NCBI GenBank assembly: GCA_963840035.1
Contig: CAWIXE010000001.1
Coordinates: 768,001-832,000 of the forward strand
DNA length: 64,000 nt
Source: a candidate division FCPU426 bacterium
GTDB taxonomy: Bacteria > Oederibacteriota > PGYV01 > Palsa-1178
Direction: 5' to 3'
In this document: piece after piece, positions 55,151 to 64,000 of the stretch
Layout of the letters: the number at the start of each line of letters is the position of its first letter
Numbering within the stretch: position 1 is the stretch's first letter
Position numbers and translations under genes: made by a program
The notes under the pieces: model-generated
What the model was told of the DNA's origin: nothing
Seen by the model: the letters and a program-made list of their open reading frames with translations, nothing else
The model's database searches: none

Positions 55151-56506
55151 ATGGAAACGCAGATTTTAATAGTTGATGACGAACATAAAAATATTGAACT
55201 GCTTGAGGCGCTTTTAGGCCCTGAGGGTTATAAACTGGTCAAGGCTGAAAGCGGGGAGGACGCGATCCTGTTCCTTTCATCCGAGGTCCCTGACCTGGTG
55301 CTCCTTGATGTCATGATGCCGGGTATTTCAGGGTTCACGCTTCTGGAAGAAATCAGGAAAAATGAAAAAACCAAAACATTGCCCGTCATACTGCTTACCG
55401 CGCTTAGGGACAGGGAGGACAGGATCAAGGGGATAGTCGCCGGGGCAGACGATTTCATATCCAAGCCTTTTGACAAGGCTGAACTGGTTTTTAAGGTCAG
55501 GACGCAGGTGCGCCTTTCCGCCTTAAGAAGGCAGATAAATGAGAAGGAAAAATTATTGAGCGTCATGGAGCTGGTGCTGGAAGGCACTGCCCTGACGGAT
55601 GACGCCTTTAACATACAGCAGATAAACTTAAAAGCCATTGAGATGCTGGGCATGAAGGACACGTCGGGCAACCTTGCCAACTTTCTCCTTGATAAATACG
55701 GCCATGAAATAGATAAAAAAATGGACAGGGGGAGCTTCATAATAGGCAGGGCTGAGACCACGTCAGCGCCGCCTCTGTTTTTGTCGGGGGAATACCGCAT
55801 GGTGAATAAACCAGGCGGGGAGAAAAACTCCTATGTATTTGTATTTAAAGACGTTACCGAGGAGCATACCAGGAACAAAATGAAGACGGATTTTCTCTCG
55901 CTTATATCGCATAAGCTGCGCACCCCTTTAACCGTAATTACCGGATACGCGAAAATGCTGGACGCATTCGCGCCGGACCAGAAATTTAAGGACATGGTTC
56001 AGGCCATAGTGCGCAGCAGCGTAACACTGGAAAATCTCATAAAAAGGATTCTGTTCTTTGTTGAGATAGATAATACGGCAAAAACAGGCGCTGAGATACC
56101 GCTTGATATCAGGGGCATGATGGACTTGTATTCCGGAATATATAAAAAACCATTTGAGCTTATGCTTAATCAGGATGAAATAAACGTGCCGTACTGGCAA
56201 AAAACAGCCATCGAAGAGATTATAGAAAATGCCTTCAAGTTTAATGACAAGCCTTTGCTGGCCCTGGATGTCAGGGCTGGACAAGAAAGCGTGGTTGTTG
56301 AAGACAACGGACCCGGCATCAGCGCGGAGGAGCGGGAAAAAGTATTCGGGACTTTTTACCAGGTATACAGGAATGCCTCCGGCAATACGCCGGGCGTGGG
56401 CCTCGGGCTTTCCATAGTAAAAAAACTTGTTGAATCCTCGGGAATGAGCATAACCCTGGAAAAAGGCAAAAATGGCGGGCTTAGGACAGTGATATTAAAA
56501 AAGTAA
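55151..56506 (+). CDS. REC-PAS-like-histidine kinase, paralog 1 (H-box intact)
   Basis: LISHKLRTPL, ENAFKF, EDNGPGI, GVGLGL. Confidence 0.88.
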   Translation: METQILIVDDEHKNIELLEALLGPEGYKLVKAESGEDAILFLSSEVPDLVLLDVMMPGISGFTLLEEIRKNEKTKTLPVILLTALRDREDRIKGIVAGADDFISKPFDKAELVFKVRTQVRLSALRRQINEKEKLLSVMELVLEGTALTDDAFNIQQINLKAIEMLGMKDTSGNLANFLLDKYGHEIDKKMDRGSFIIGRAETTSAPPLFLSGEYRMVNKPGGEKNSYVFVFKDVTEEHTRNKMKTDFLSLISHKLRTPLTVITGYAKMLDAFAPDQKFKDMVQAIVRSSVTLENLIKRILFFVEIDNTAKTGAEIPLDIRGMMDLYSGIYKKPFELMLNQDEINVPYWQKTAIEEIIENAFKFNDKPLLALDVRAGQESVVVEDNGPGISAEEREKVFGTFYQVYRNASGNTPGVGLGLSIVKKLVESSGMSITLEKGKNGGLRTVILKK

Positions 56507-56530
56507 TTTAAAAACTGAACCGAGGTAAAC

Positions 56531-57904
56531 TTGAAGATAAAATTACTTATTGTTGATGATGAACCGCTGAATATAGAACTGCTTGAGGCGTTGCTTGAAG
56601 CTGATAATTACACTCTATTTAAGGCAAGAAACGGCGAAGAAGCCTTAGAAAGCATAAAAATCAACGGCCCGGACATAGTCCTTCTTGATATCGTAATGCC
56701 TGGCATGTCCGGGTTTGAAGTCCTGGAAGAGATAAGAAAAAATGAGGAGACAAAGGCACTCACCGTCATCCTGCTTACGGCTTTAAGCGGCAGGGAGTCT
56801 ATGGTAAGGGGTCTTGATGCCGGGGCTGATGATTATATAACCAAACCATTTGATAAAGTTGAGCTGTTAAGCAGGGTGAGGACCCATGTAAGGATGTCTT
56901 TATTAAGAAGGCAGATATCTGAAAAAGAAAAACTGGCTGGAGTCATGGAAATAATGCGCGAAGGCGCTGTAGTGACTGACGCAGGGTTCAACATAAAGCA
57001 GTTCAATGCAATAGCCATGGAAATGCTTGGGCTTAAAAATTCAGCAATAAACCTGGCGGACCATCTTGAATCAGTTTACGGATATTTATTGGATAAGAAC
57101 GGTGATTTTGGACGGGCGACAATAAGCAGGAAAGAAAAAAATCCGGATAATCCGCTATTTTTGTCGCTGGATTACCGTATGATTGCCGGCCCGGGCGGCG
57201 GCGTGAAATCTTATGTGTTTGTATTTAAAGATGTCACGGAAGAATACACGAGAAACAACATCATACTCCATTTTCTTTCACTGGTATCAAAAAAACTGCA
57301 GACCCCGATGAACGTCATAAGCGGTTACGCGAAGATTATAGGCTTTTTTGCGGCTGAAGACAAATTAAGAGGTTCGGTAAGCTCAATAATACGCAACAGC
57401 CTGATTATGGAAACACTGATGAAAAGGTCCATGTATTTTGTAGAACTCGGCAACACTTCGACGGTGGGGCATTTAAAAAAAATGGATCTTAAGGAACTGG
57501 CCGGGCGGCTTGCCGGAAAATACGGGAAGAAATACAGGTTTGTGAAAGAGCCTGATAACGCTGATGTCCAGTACTGGCAGAGGATTGTGATTGAAGAACT
57601 GGTTGAGAACGCTTTCAAATACAACCGTGCGGATGAAGTCGTTCTGGATATAAGGATTGACCATGATGCCATGACAATAGAGGATAACGGGCCAGGAATT
57701 TCAGATGAAGAGCGCGAAAAGGTATTTGAGGAATTTTATGAAGTAAACAGGAACCTTCCCGGCAATACATCAAGCGCGGGGCTGGGGCTAGCCATTGTAA
57801 AAAGGCTGGCCGAGTCGGTAAACCGCATTGTGACCCTGGAACATTCGCAGCTGGGGGGGCTTAAGGCGGTAATAAGCAAAAAATCGGCAGAGGCAGGGGG
57901 ATGA
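56531..57904 (+). CDS. REC-PAS-like-histidine kinase, paralog 2 (H-box His replaced by Lys)
   Basis: LVSKKLQTPM aligns with LISHKLRTPL; ATP-binding boxes retained. Confidence 0.85.
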   Translation: MKIKLLIVDDEPLNIELLEALLEADNYTLFKARNGEEALESIKINGPDIVLLDIVMPGMSGFEVLEEIRKNEETKALTVILLTALSGRESMVRGLDAGADDYITKPFDKVELLSRVRTHVRMSLLRRQISEKEKLAGVMEIMREGAVVTDAGFNIKQFNAIAMEMLGLKNSAINLADHLESVYGYLLDKNGDFGRATISRKEKNPDNPLFLSLDYRMIAGPGGGVKSYVFVFKDVTEEYTRNNIILHFLSLVSKKLQTPMNVISGYAKIIGFFAAEDKLRGSVSSIIRNSLIMETLMKRSMYFVELGNTSTVGHLKKMDLKELAGRLAGKYGKKYRFVKEPDNADVQYWQRIVIEELVENAFKYNRADEVVLDIRIDHDAMTIEDNGPGISDEEREKVFEEFYEVNRNLPGNTSSAGLGLAIVKRLAESVNRIVTLEHSQLGGLKAVISKKSAEAGG

Positions 57905-57911
57905 AATAAAC

Positions 57912-59351
57912 ATGGATATAAAAATACTCATCGTGGACGACGAACCGGTTAATATTGAACTTCTTGAAGCCCTGCTCGGGCCGGAGGAATACATTTTAAT
58001 CAGGGCAAAAGACGGCGAGGAAGCCCTTGAAATACTTAAAAACACTACGCCCGATATGGTGCTCCTGGATATAATGATGCCGGGTATGTCCGGATACAAG
58101 GTGCTTGAAGAAATCAGAAAAAATGAAAAAACCAGCATCATCCCCGTGATACTTCTTACCGCGCTCGCCGACAGGGAGCACAGGATAAAAGGGCTGAAAG
58201 CCGGCGCCTCGGATTATATTTCCAAGCCTTTTGATAAGACAGAGCTTGTCACCAAAGTGAAAACGCTTTCCACCATGTCGGTATTAAGGAGGCAGATAAA
58301 CGAGAAGGACAAACTGATCCATATCATGGAACTGCTGGAGGAGGGTATAGTCGTTACCGATGAACTCTTCAACATACAGCATATGAATACACACGCGCGG
58401 GAAATGCGCGGGCTAAAAGGGTGCGGAAAGAACCTCGGTTCTTTTCTGGCTGAAAAATACAGGATAATAATCTCAGGCAATCCTGAAAACTTCGGGTTTA
58501 TTATGGAAGTACCGGGGACTGATACGGATACGGTTTCATTCATGTCCGCGCGGTTCAGTAAAGCCGCGGAAATACCGGGAACCGCCGGGTCCTACGTTTT
58601 TGTCCTGAAGGATGTTTCCGAGGATTACGGAAGGAACATGATGAAAAAGGATTTCATTTCGCTGATCTCAGACAGGCTGCGCGCGCCGCTTGCAATAATT
58701 AACGGGTATTCAAACCTTATCGCAACCCAGCCGCCGCACGAACAGCTGCTCGAGCTTACAAAAGCGCTGATACACAACGGCAGACTTATAGATAATCTCA
58801 TAGGCAGGGTGTTGTATTTTTCCGAACTGGACAATACCTATTATGCGGATGATTATAATGACTCAAGAAATATACCCGTAAGCGAAATGGACTTAAAGCA
58901 GACGGCGAACATGTTTGAGATGGCTTATAAAAAGCAGTATGAATTGATAACGGAGAGGGAAATAATAAACGTGAAAAAGTGGCAAAAGACGGCAATTAAG
59001 GAAATTATGGAAAATGCCTTCAAATTCAATAATCAAAATAAGCTGGTCCTGAAAGTCACCGTGGGTCCGGAGTGGCTTGTTATTGAGGATAACGGGCCTG
59101 GCATAGACGCTGCGGAGCGTGAAAAGGTTTTTGAACCTTTTTATCAGCCGGATATGGATGCAAACATAAAAAATGCAGGCATAGGGCTCGGGCTTGCCAT
59201 CGTAAAGAGGCTCGCTGAATCCGGGAACCGCGCAGTATTCCTCGGGTCCTCATCATCAGGGGGGCTCAGGGTGATTATCGGAAAAAAACCTGAAGAAAGC
59301 GCGATAACAGCAGCACTGGCAGCTGCGGGCAAAAATTCAGCTGTGAATTAA
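57912..59351 (+). CDS. REC-PAS-like-histidine kinase, paralog 3 (H-box His replaced by Asp)
   Basis: LISDRLRAPL aligns with LISHKLRTPL; ATP-binding boxes retained. Confidence 0.85.
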   Translation: MDIKILIVDDEPVNIELLEALLGPEEYILIRAKDGEEALEILKNTTPDMVLLDIMMPGMSGYKVLEEIRKNEKTSIIPVILLTALADREHRIKGLKAGASDYISKPFDKTELVTKVKTLSTMSVLRRQINEKDKLIHIMELLEEGIVVTDELFNIQHMNTHAREMRGLKGCGKNLGSFLAEKYRIIISGNPENFGFIMEVPGTDTDTVSFMSARFSKAAEIPGTAGSYVFVLKDVSEDYGRNMMKKDFISLISDRLRAPLAIINGYSNLIATQPPHEQLLELTKALIHNGRLIDNLIGRVLYFSELDNTYYADDYNDSRNIPVSEMDLKQTANMFEMAYKKQYELITEREIINVKKWQKTAIKEIMENAFKFNNQNKLVLKVTVGPEWLVIEDNGPGIDAAEREKVFEPFYQPDMDANIKNAGIGLGLAIVKRLAESGNRAVFLGSSSSGGLRVIIGKKPEESAITAALAAAGKNSAVN

Positions 59352-59433
59352 GTCCATGAAAAGATGAATGACGGAGTGTCTATCAGGAATGGATTTATGT
59401 ATGATTGTATTACAAACAAACAGGAGGTTTAAA

Positions 59434-59646
59434 ATGAGTAAAAAAAACGGGGAAAAACAAATCAATAAGGAACTTACAAAGTACGCTGATAAAGAAATGA
59501 AATCGGGAATAAAGAAAGATGCTGACGGCAAAAATGACCTGATCAGCGCGAACGCCTACGCGTTGTTTGAAAAAAGCGGATTCGCCCACGGTAATGACAG
59601 GGCTCACTGGCTCGAAGCTGAAAAAATGGTAACAGGGAACAAATAG
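59434..59646 (+). CDS. DUF2934-like small protein
   Basis: AYALFEKSG..GNDRAHWLEAEK; AGGAGG RBS. Confidence 0.8.
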   Translation: MSKKNGEKQINKELTKYADKEMKSGIKKDADGKNDLISANAYALFEKSGFAHGNDRAHWLEAEKMVTGNK

Positions 59647-59682
59647 CAGGTTTAAATAAATAACAAGGTAAAGGAGATTTAT

Positions 59683-60351
59683 ATGTGTTTTTCAGCAAGC
59701 GCGAGCATTACAGCGGGGGTTTTGCTGACTTTTGTCGGCGTTGAAACCGTAAAAAGGGTGCATAAACCCTCACAGCTGGTATTCGGAATCATACCGCTTT
59801 TTTTTGCTTTGCAGCAATTTTCCGAAGGCGTCATATGGCTTACCATGCCGCATACGGAGTACGCGGGGCTTAAGGCCCTGTTTACCTATGTCTTTATAAT
59901 AATGGCCCAGATATTATGGCCTGTGATGATACCACTCTCAGTGCTGCTAATGGAGCAAAAGACAGGCAGGAAAATGCCGCTTTACGCGCTTTTGTGCGCG
60001 GGAATAGCGGTCGGGCTGTATAACGCGTATCTTCTCATCGTACACGGAGTATACGCGCAGGTTAACTTCAGGCACCTTTCTTACCAGAGCGATTCACAGG
60101 ATAATTTTAACATGATAGCGCTGGCAGTGTACCTGTCTGTCACCGTGTTGCCGCTTTTTGTTTCGAGCGTCAAGACCATGTATGTCCTGGGAATAGTAAT
60201 GGCTCTTTCTTTCGCTGTATCCGCGATATTTTACATGCAGTGCCTTACATCCGTGTGGTGCTTTTTCGCGGCTGTAATAAGTTTTGTTATCTTTTATATA
60301 TTAAGGAATGAGTATAAACAGTCGGATTATGACAAAGTACGGAAAAAATAG
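59683..60351 (+). CDS. Integral membrane protein (DUF6629-like)
   Basis: MCFSASAS..IPLFFALQQFSEG..SVWCFFAA. Confidence 0.8.
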   Translation: MCFSASASITAGVLLTFVGVETVKRVHKPSQLVFGIIPLFFALQQFSEGVIWLTMPHTEYAGLKALFTYVFIIMAQILWPVMIPLSVLLMEQKTGRKMPLYALLCAGIAVGLYNAYLLIVHGVYAQVNFRHLSYQSDSQDNFNMIALAVYLSVTVLPLFVSSVKTMYVLGIVMALSFAVSAIFYMQCLTSVWCFFAAVISFVIFYILRNEYKQSDYDKVRKK

Positions 60352-60362
60352 GGAGATAAAAA

Positions 60363-60605
60363 ATGGAGATGACTATCATTATTTGCGCGATTTTAACGAC
60401 CGCCGCCATAATTACAGCCACGGTCTATTTTGTACTGACCATGGTGCAGGTAAAAAGGACGGCAAAAGAGTTTGAGGGAGTCGGCAAGATATTTAACATG
60501 GCGTCGCCTTTGATGAATCTGGTTTTTCTCGGCGGCGGATTATTTTCAAGGGCCACAAAACAGCTGAAACACTTTTTTGATAAAAAACTGAAAGGAGGTA
60601 AATAA
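60363..60605 (+). CDS. Small membrane protein (DUF948-like)
   Basis: N-terminal TM then QVKRTAKE; adjacent to a YtxH-like gene. Confidence 0.6.
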   Translation: MEMTIIICAILTTAAIITATVYFVLTMVQVKRTAKEFEGVGKIFNMASPLMNLVFLGGGLFSRATKQLKHFFDKKLKGGK

Positions 60606-60606
60606 A

Positions 60607-60828
60607 ATGAGCGAACATAACGGCGGAGAAGCTATACTTGCGCTGCTTTTAGGCGGAGCCATCGGGGCGGGACTGGGAGTGTTTTTTGCCACACAGTCGG
60701 GAAAAGAGACCAGAAAAAGGGTTAAAGTTTTTTTTGATGATGTTGGAATAAAGACAGGGGAATTGATGGAAGAAGGCAAAGAAACCATTGAGGAACTTGT
60801 GCACCCAAGGTCAAACGGAAAAAAGTAA
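60607..60828 (+). CDS. YtxH-domain protein
   Basis: LLGGAIGAGLGVFFA..SGKETR. Confidence 0.85.
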   Translation: MSEHNGGEAILALLLGGAIGAGLGVFFATQSGKETRKRVKVFFDDVGIKTGELMEEGKETIEELVHPRSNGKK

Positions 60829-60839
60829 TCAAAAGAGCG

Positions 60840-60868
60840 AACCCCGGCATATCAGCCGGGGTTTTTTT
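60840..60868 (+). terminator. Intrinsic terminator closing the accessory block
   Basis: AACCCCGGC..GCCGGGGTT followed by a T run. Confidence 0.85.
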
Positions 60869-60991
60869 CATTTACAGGCAGAGGCCATGATTAAAGGGCT
60901 TGAAAAAGAAGGCTGTTTCTAATATCATACTAATACGGCGCTAAATAATGCCGCGATTTTGGAATTATTTCAAAATTATCTGGAGGGTATC

Positions 60992-61456
60992 ATGACTACG
61001 AAAAAACAGATAGACGAATTCTTATCAGGAAAGAGGATCGCGGTAATCGGCATGTCCAGGACGAAGATGGAATACTCGAGGATGCTCATGAAAGAGTACG
61101 CGGCCGCGGGGTATGAGATCATACCGGTGAATCCGGCAGCGGATAATATAGAAGGGGTCAAGTGCTACAGGAACATAATGGACATTAAGCCTAAACCTGA
61201 CAGGGCCATACTGCTTCTTCCGCCGGACAAGACAGAACAGGCCATGCTTGACTGCGCGGCGGCGGGAGTTAAAGACGTATGGCTTCACTCGCACATAGCG
61301 GGCGGAGTGCAGAATACCAAAGCGATTTACCAGGCAGAGGCGAATAAGATGAACCTTATAACGGGATTTTGCCCCATGATGTTTTTAGCCAAGTCCATGT
61401 TCCTGCACAAGATACACGGCGGGGTTTTGAAACTGATGGGGGCGTACCCGAAATAA
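60992..61456 (+). CDS. CoA-binding domain protein
   Basis: IAVIGMSR, IIPVNP, GVKCY, FCPMMF. Confidence 0.85.
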   Translation: MTTKKQIDEFLSGKRIAVIGMSRTKMEYSRMLMKEYAAAGYEIIPVNPAADNIEGVKCYRNIMDIKPKPDRAILLLPPDKTEQAMLDCAAAGVKDVWLHSHIAGGVQNTKAIYQAEANKMNLITGFCPMMFLAKSMFLHKIHGGVLKLMGAYPK

Positions 61457-61464
61457 GACAAAAA

Positions 61465-61556
61465 CAGTCTCAAGACTCAATAGTCTCAGTTGTCTCAAGT
61501 CAGTTCTTTTGGCATGACTATTGAGACTACTGAGACATTTGAGACTATTGAGACTG
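61465..61556. repeat. GTCTCA / TGAGAC 9-nt-period inverted-arm element
   Basis: Right arm TATTGAGAC TACTGAGAC ATTTGAGAC TATTGAGAC; left arm has complementary GTCTCA units. Confidence 0.82.
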
Positions 61557-61572
61557 ATTTGAAAGGACCTTC

Positions 61573-62277
61573 ATGCGCGTACATTACCTCCAGCACGTTT
61601 CATACGAGAACCTCGCGAATATAGAGCCGTGGCTGAAAGAACGCGGGCATAAGGCCGCGCGCACGCGGCTTTACGCGGGGGACGCTTTTCCTGACCTTAA
61701 GAAAGTGGACTGGCTTATAATTATGGGCGGTCCCATGAACATATATGAACATGACAAATACCCGTGGCTTATCAAGGAAAAACAATTCATTAAAAAGGCT
61801 GTTAAAGCCGGAAAAATAATCCTCGGGATATGCCTCGGGGCGCAGCTTTTATCAGACTGCCTTGGCGGCAAAGTCACCCGCAATAAATACAAAGAGATAG
61901 GTTTCTTTCCCGTTTCATTGACGCCTGCCGGGAAAAAGTCAGCGATTTTTGCCGGCATGAAGGATAAATTCACTGCCATGCACTGGCATGGCGACACTTT
62001 TTCAATCCCGCCGGGATGCAAATCCCTGGCAAGAAGCGCGGGGTGCAAAAACCAGGCTTTTGAATATGAGGGAAGGGCCTTCGGCATTCAGTTTCATTTT
62101 GAGTACTCGGCGGGGCATATAAAGGAGTATTTTAAAGATCCTCAGAACGCGCTTTTGCCGGATAAATATGTTCAGGAATCCGGGAATATCCTGAAAAACA
62201 ACACGGGATATATTGAAATAAAAAAAATCATGGGACGGATTTTAAATAATGTGGAGAATGCCAAAATTGAAAAATAA
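61573..62277 (+). CDS. Type 1 glutamine amidotransferase
   Basis: MGGP, LGICLGAQ, HWHGD, QFHFE. Confidence 0.92.
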   Translation: MRVHYLQHVSYENLANIEPWLKERGHKAARTRLYAGDAFPDLKKVDWLIIMGGPMNIYEHDKYPWLIKEKQFIKKAVKAGKIILGICLGAQLLSDCLGGKVTRNKYKEIGFFPVSLTPAGKKSAIFAGMKDKFTAMHWHGDTFSIPPGCKSLARSAGCKNQAFEYEGRAFGIQFHFEYSAGHIKEYFKDPQNALLPDKYVQESGNILKNNTGYIEIKKIMGRILNNVENAKIEK

Positions 62278-63487
62278 AAGAATAGTGGCATTGATTTTTA
62301 CGGTTTTTATACTGTCAAATATTGTGGTTTTTTCTTATGCGAATGACGTACCTTCCGAAGGCGCGCCGGTTGCGGCTGGAAACGTTACTTCAACTGTGGT
62401 TCCTTTGACGGAATTACAAATAGCCGAGCAATTTTACAGGTCGCCTTCAACCGCTTTTTTTGTAACGCAGATCAGGCTCATCCCTTTTGTAACGACATTT
62501 ATACCTTTTGGAGCGGGGTATTCAAAAATTCCCGGGGATATGGGCTGGGCCGATTACACAGGGTTTGGGCTGTCGGCCGCCAGCGCCGCGTCATTCCTGG
62601 CGGGTTATTTTGATCCGCGTAACAGCGCCGCGTGGAACCTCTACGGGCTGTCCCTTTTCGGGCTGGCGTATAATTTTGACCTTGGATACGGAGCATACCT
62701 GTGCGCGAATAATACCACAACATTCATTGAGCGGCTCAGAAAACAGAAATTAAATCCGCAGGAAAAGGTTGTTTTTTACAAAGACCCCATCGCGGCCATC
62801 GGGCTTAATGTATTTGTCTCCGGCGGCATGGCAAATTCCTACCTTAATCTACAGAAGGAAAGTTTCATATGGTATATTGCAGACGCGGCAGCGGTGCTGG
62901 GCATAGGGGGCATAGTGCTGTTTAATGCAGTACCTTCAATGGGTTATGACAATCCTACAATGTACGTGATAGAGCAGGCCGGAGGGGCATATGTCGTCGT
63001 CTATCTTATTGTAAAAATAGTGAATTCATTCAACCTGTACCGTGAGGCCGATGCGAATAATATGAGGTTTTATGAGCAGGAAATATACAAACAGCAGGAG
63101 TTCGGATTAAAAAACGCAGACAGCAAGGACCCGCTGACCGCCGGCATCATATCTATTACGCTCGGCACCGTATTTCCCGGGGCCGGGAACCTGTACGCCG
63201 GGAACGGAGAGACATTTTCCGCTTGTATGGGAAGCACGGTGCTTGGAGGGATAATTTTTGGGTCCGGGTGTCTTATGGGGAAAGATAAGAACACATCAAA
63301 TAACTTAAAGGCCGTTGGCATAGGATTTTATGTTTTTTCCAGGCTGCTTGATTTCTACACATCCCCGGTCAACGCGTACCTGCACGACGCGCTGTACGGC
63401 CAAAAAGCGAAATACGACATGAAAGCCATGATAATCCCGATGATAGGGCAGGACAGCACCGGCGTGACGCTGGCGTATAGTTTTTAG
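62258..63487 (+). CDS. Hypothetical multi-pass membrane protein with internal repeats
   Basis: Signal peptide; repeated KDP..A..G.(G/A)N.Y hydrophobic units; terminal Phe. Confidence 0.65.
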   Translation: MPKLKNKRIVALIFTVFILSNIVVFSYANDVPSEGAPVAAGNVTSTVVPLTELQIAEQFYRSPSTAFFVTQIRLIPFVTTFIPFGAGYSKIPGDMGWADYTGFGLSAASAASFLAGYFDPRNSAAWNLYGLSLFGLAYNFDLGYGAYLCANNTTTFIERLRKQKLNPQEKVVFYKDPIAAIGLNVFVSGGMANSYLNLQKESFIWYIADAAAVLGIGGIVLFNAVPSMGYDNPTMYVIEQAGGAYVVVYLIVKIVNSFNLYREADANNMRFYEQEIYKQQEFGLKNADSKDPLTAGIISITLGTVFPGAGNLYAGNGETFSACMGSTVLGGIIFGSGCLMGKDKNTSNNLKAVGIGFYVFSRLLDFYTSPVNAYLHDALYGQKAKYDMKAMIIPMIGQDSTGVTLAYSF

Positions 63488-63505
63488 GCTGAAATAGCGG
63501 GCCTT

Positions 63506-63594
63506 GGGCGATTTCCACGGGACTTCGCGTGAATCGCCCCTACGGGGTTGTAAATATTTACAACAGACGTAGAGACGCCACCTGTGGGCGTCTC
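63506..63594. repeat. Two GTAG-type REP hairpins
   Basis: GGGCGATT..GAATCGCCCCTAC and GTAGAGACGCC..GGCGTCTC. Confidence 0.75.
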
Positions 63595-63678
63595 AGGGCA
63601 GGTTCTGCGTCATAGAGGGAGCAGGGTATCCTTTTTTACAGAATCCGGTATGTCGTGGCTATCCATGTAAATTATTAC

Positions 63679-63726
63679 TTGACATTTGTTCTATATAAAG
63701 TACAATTGTACTATATATAGAACAAA
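63679..63726 (+). promoter_or_regulatory. sigma70 promoter overlapped by a 42-bp near-perfect palindrome (operator)
   Basis: TTGACA-16 bp-TACAAT; TTTGTTCTATATAAAGTACAA / TTGTACTATATATAGAACAAA with one mismatch. Confidence 0.8.
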
Positions 63727-63736
63727 GGAGAGTACA

Positions 63737-64000
63737 ATGCGCTTGAATTCCGATTTAACTAAAATGTTTGATTCGCCGGCTAAAATCAAGGTTTTAAGAT
63801 ACATAATAAAACCTGGATTCATGATGACAGGCAGGGAAGTAGCCAGGATTGGGAAAATAGCGGCTTCAATGGCGCTTAAGATACTGAAGGAATTTGAGGA
63901 TATGAACCTTGTAACAGGCAGGCGCGCCGGGAAGTCGGTGGTCTGGTCAGCAAGGGAAGACAGTTACGCTTACTCTGTGGCTGTCAAACTTTTTGGGGCA
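63737..64000 (+). CDS. Winged-HTH protein, 3'-partial (resembles the N-terminus of wHTH-nucleotidyltransferase antitoxins)
   Basis: AGGAG RBS; MRLNSDLTKMFDSPAKIKVLR..MTGREVAR..LKEFEDMNLV..RAGKSVVW; frame open to the window end. Confidence 0.7.
   Translation, partial: MRLNSDLTKMFDSPAKIKVLRYIIKPGFMMTGREVARIGKIAASMALKILKEFEDMNLVTGRRAGKSVVWSAREDSYAYSVAVKLFGA

Overview
A 64-kb window from a diderm bacterium. Every CDS I can support lies on the + strand. In order: (1) a phosphate regulon (partial phoR, outer-membrane porin, pstSCAB, phoU, two Pho-box arrays), arsC and a P-type ATPase; (2) glmU-prs-rplY-pth, comEA/comEC, an rmlACBD/epimerase/glycosyltransferase operon, comF, queC and bcp; (3) a ~30-kb accessory block (about 30.7-60.8 kb) with four DUF3494 ice-binding-like genes, OmpA, beta-barrels, a PorV-like gene, CsbD/DUF2934/PRC-barrel/YtxH stress-type genes and two signalling clusters, including two kinase paralogs lacking the phospho-accepting His; (4) a few metabolic or unknown genes and a partial wHTH gene with a palindromic operator. 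The most striking unexplained signal is intergenic. Two four-helix-bundle (IVP/TIGR02436-like) genes each sit between inverted arrays of their own 7-nt repeat, and gene-less copies with the same arms lie between genes elsewhere, including in the rml operon, where every junction holds a palindromic repeat element. This looks like an autonomous/non-autonomous element system with no recognisable transposase. REP-, BoxC- and RPE-like palindromes also occur, several carrying nested insertions. I found no rRNA, tRNA, CRISPR array, transposase or reverse transcriptase. All family assignments come from motif recognition by eye, not from database searches.
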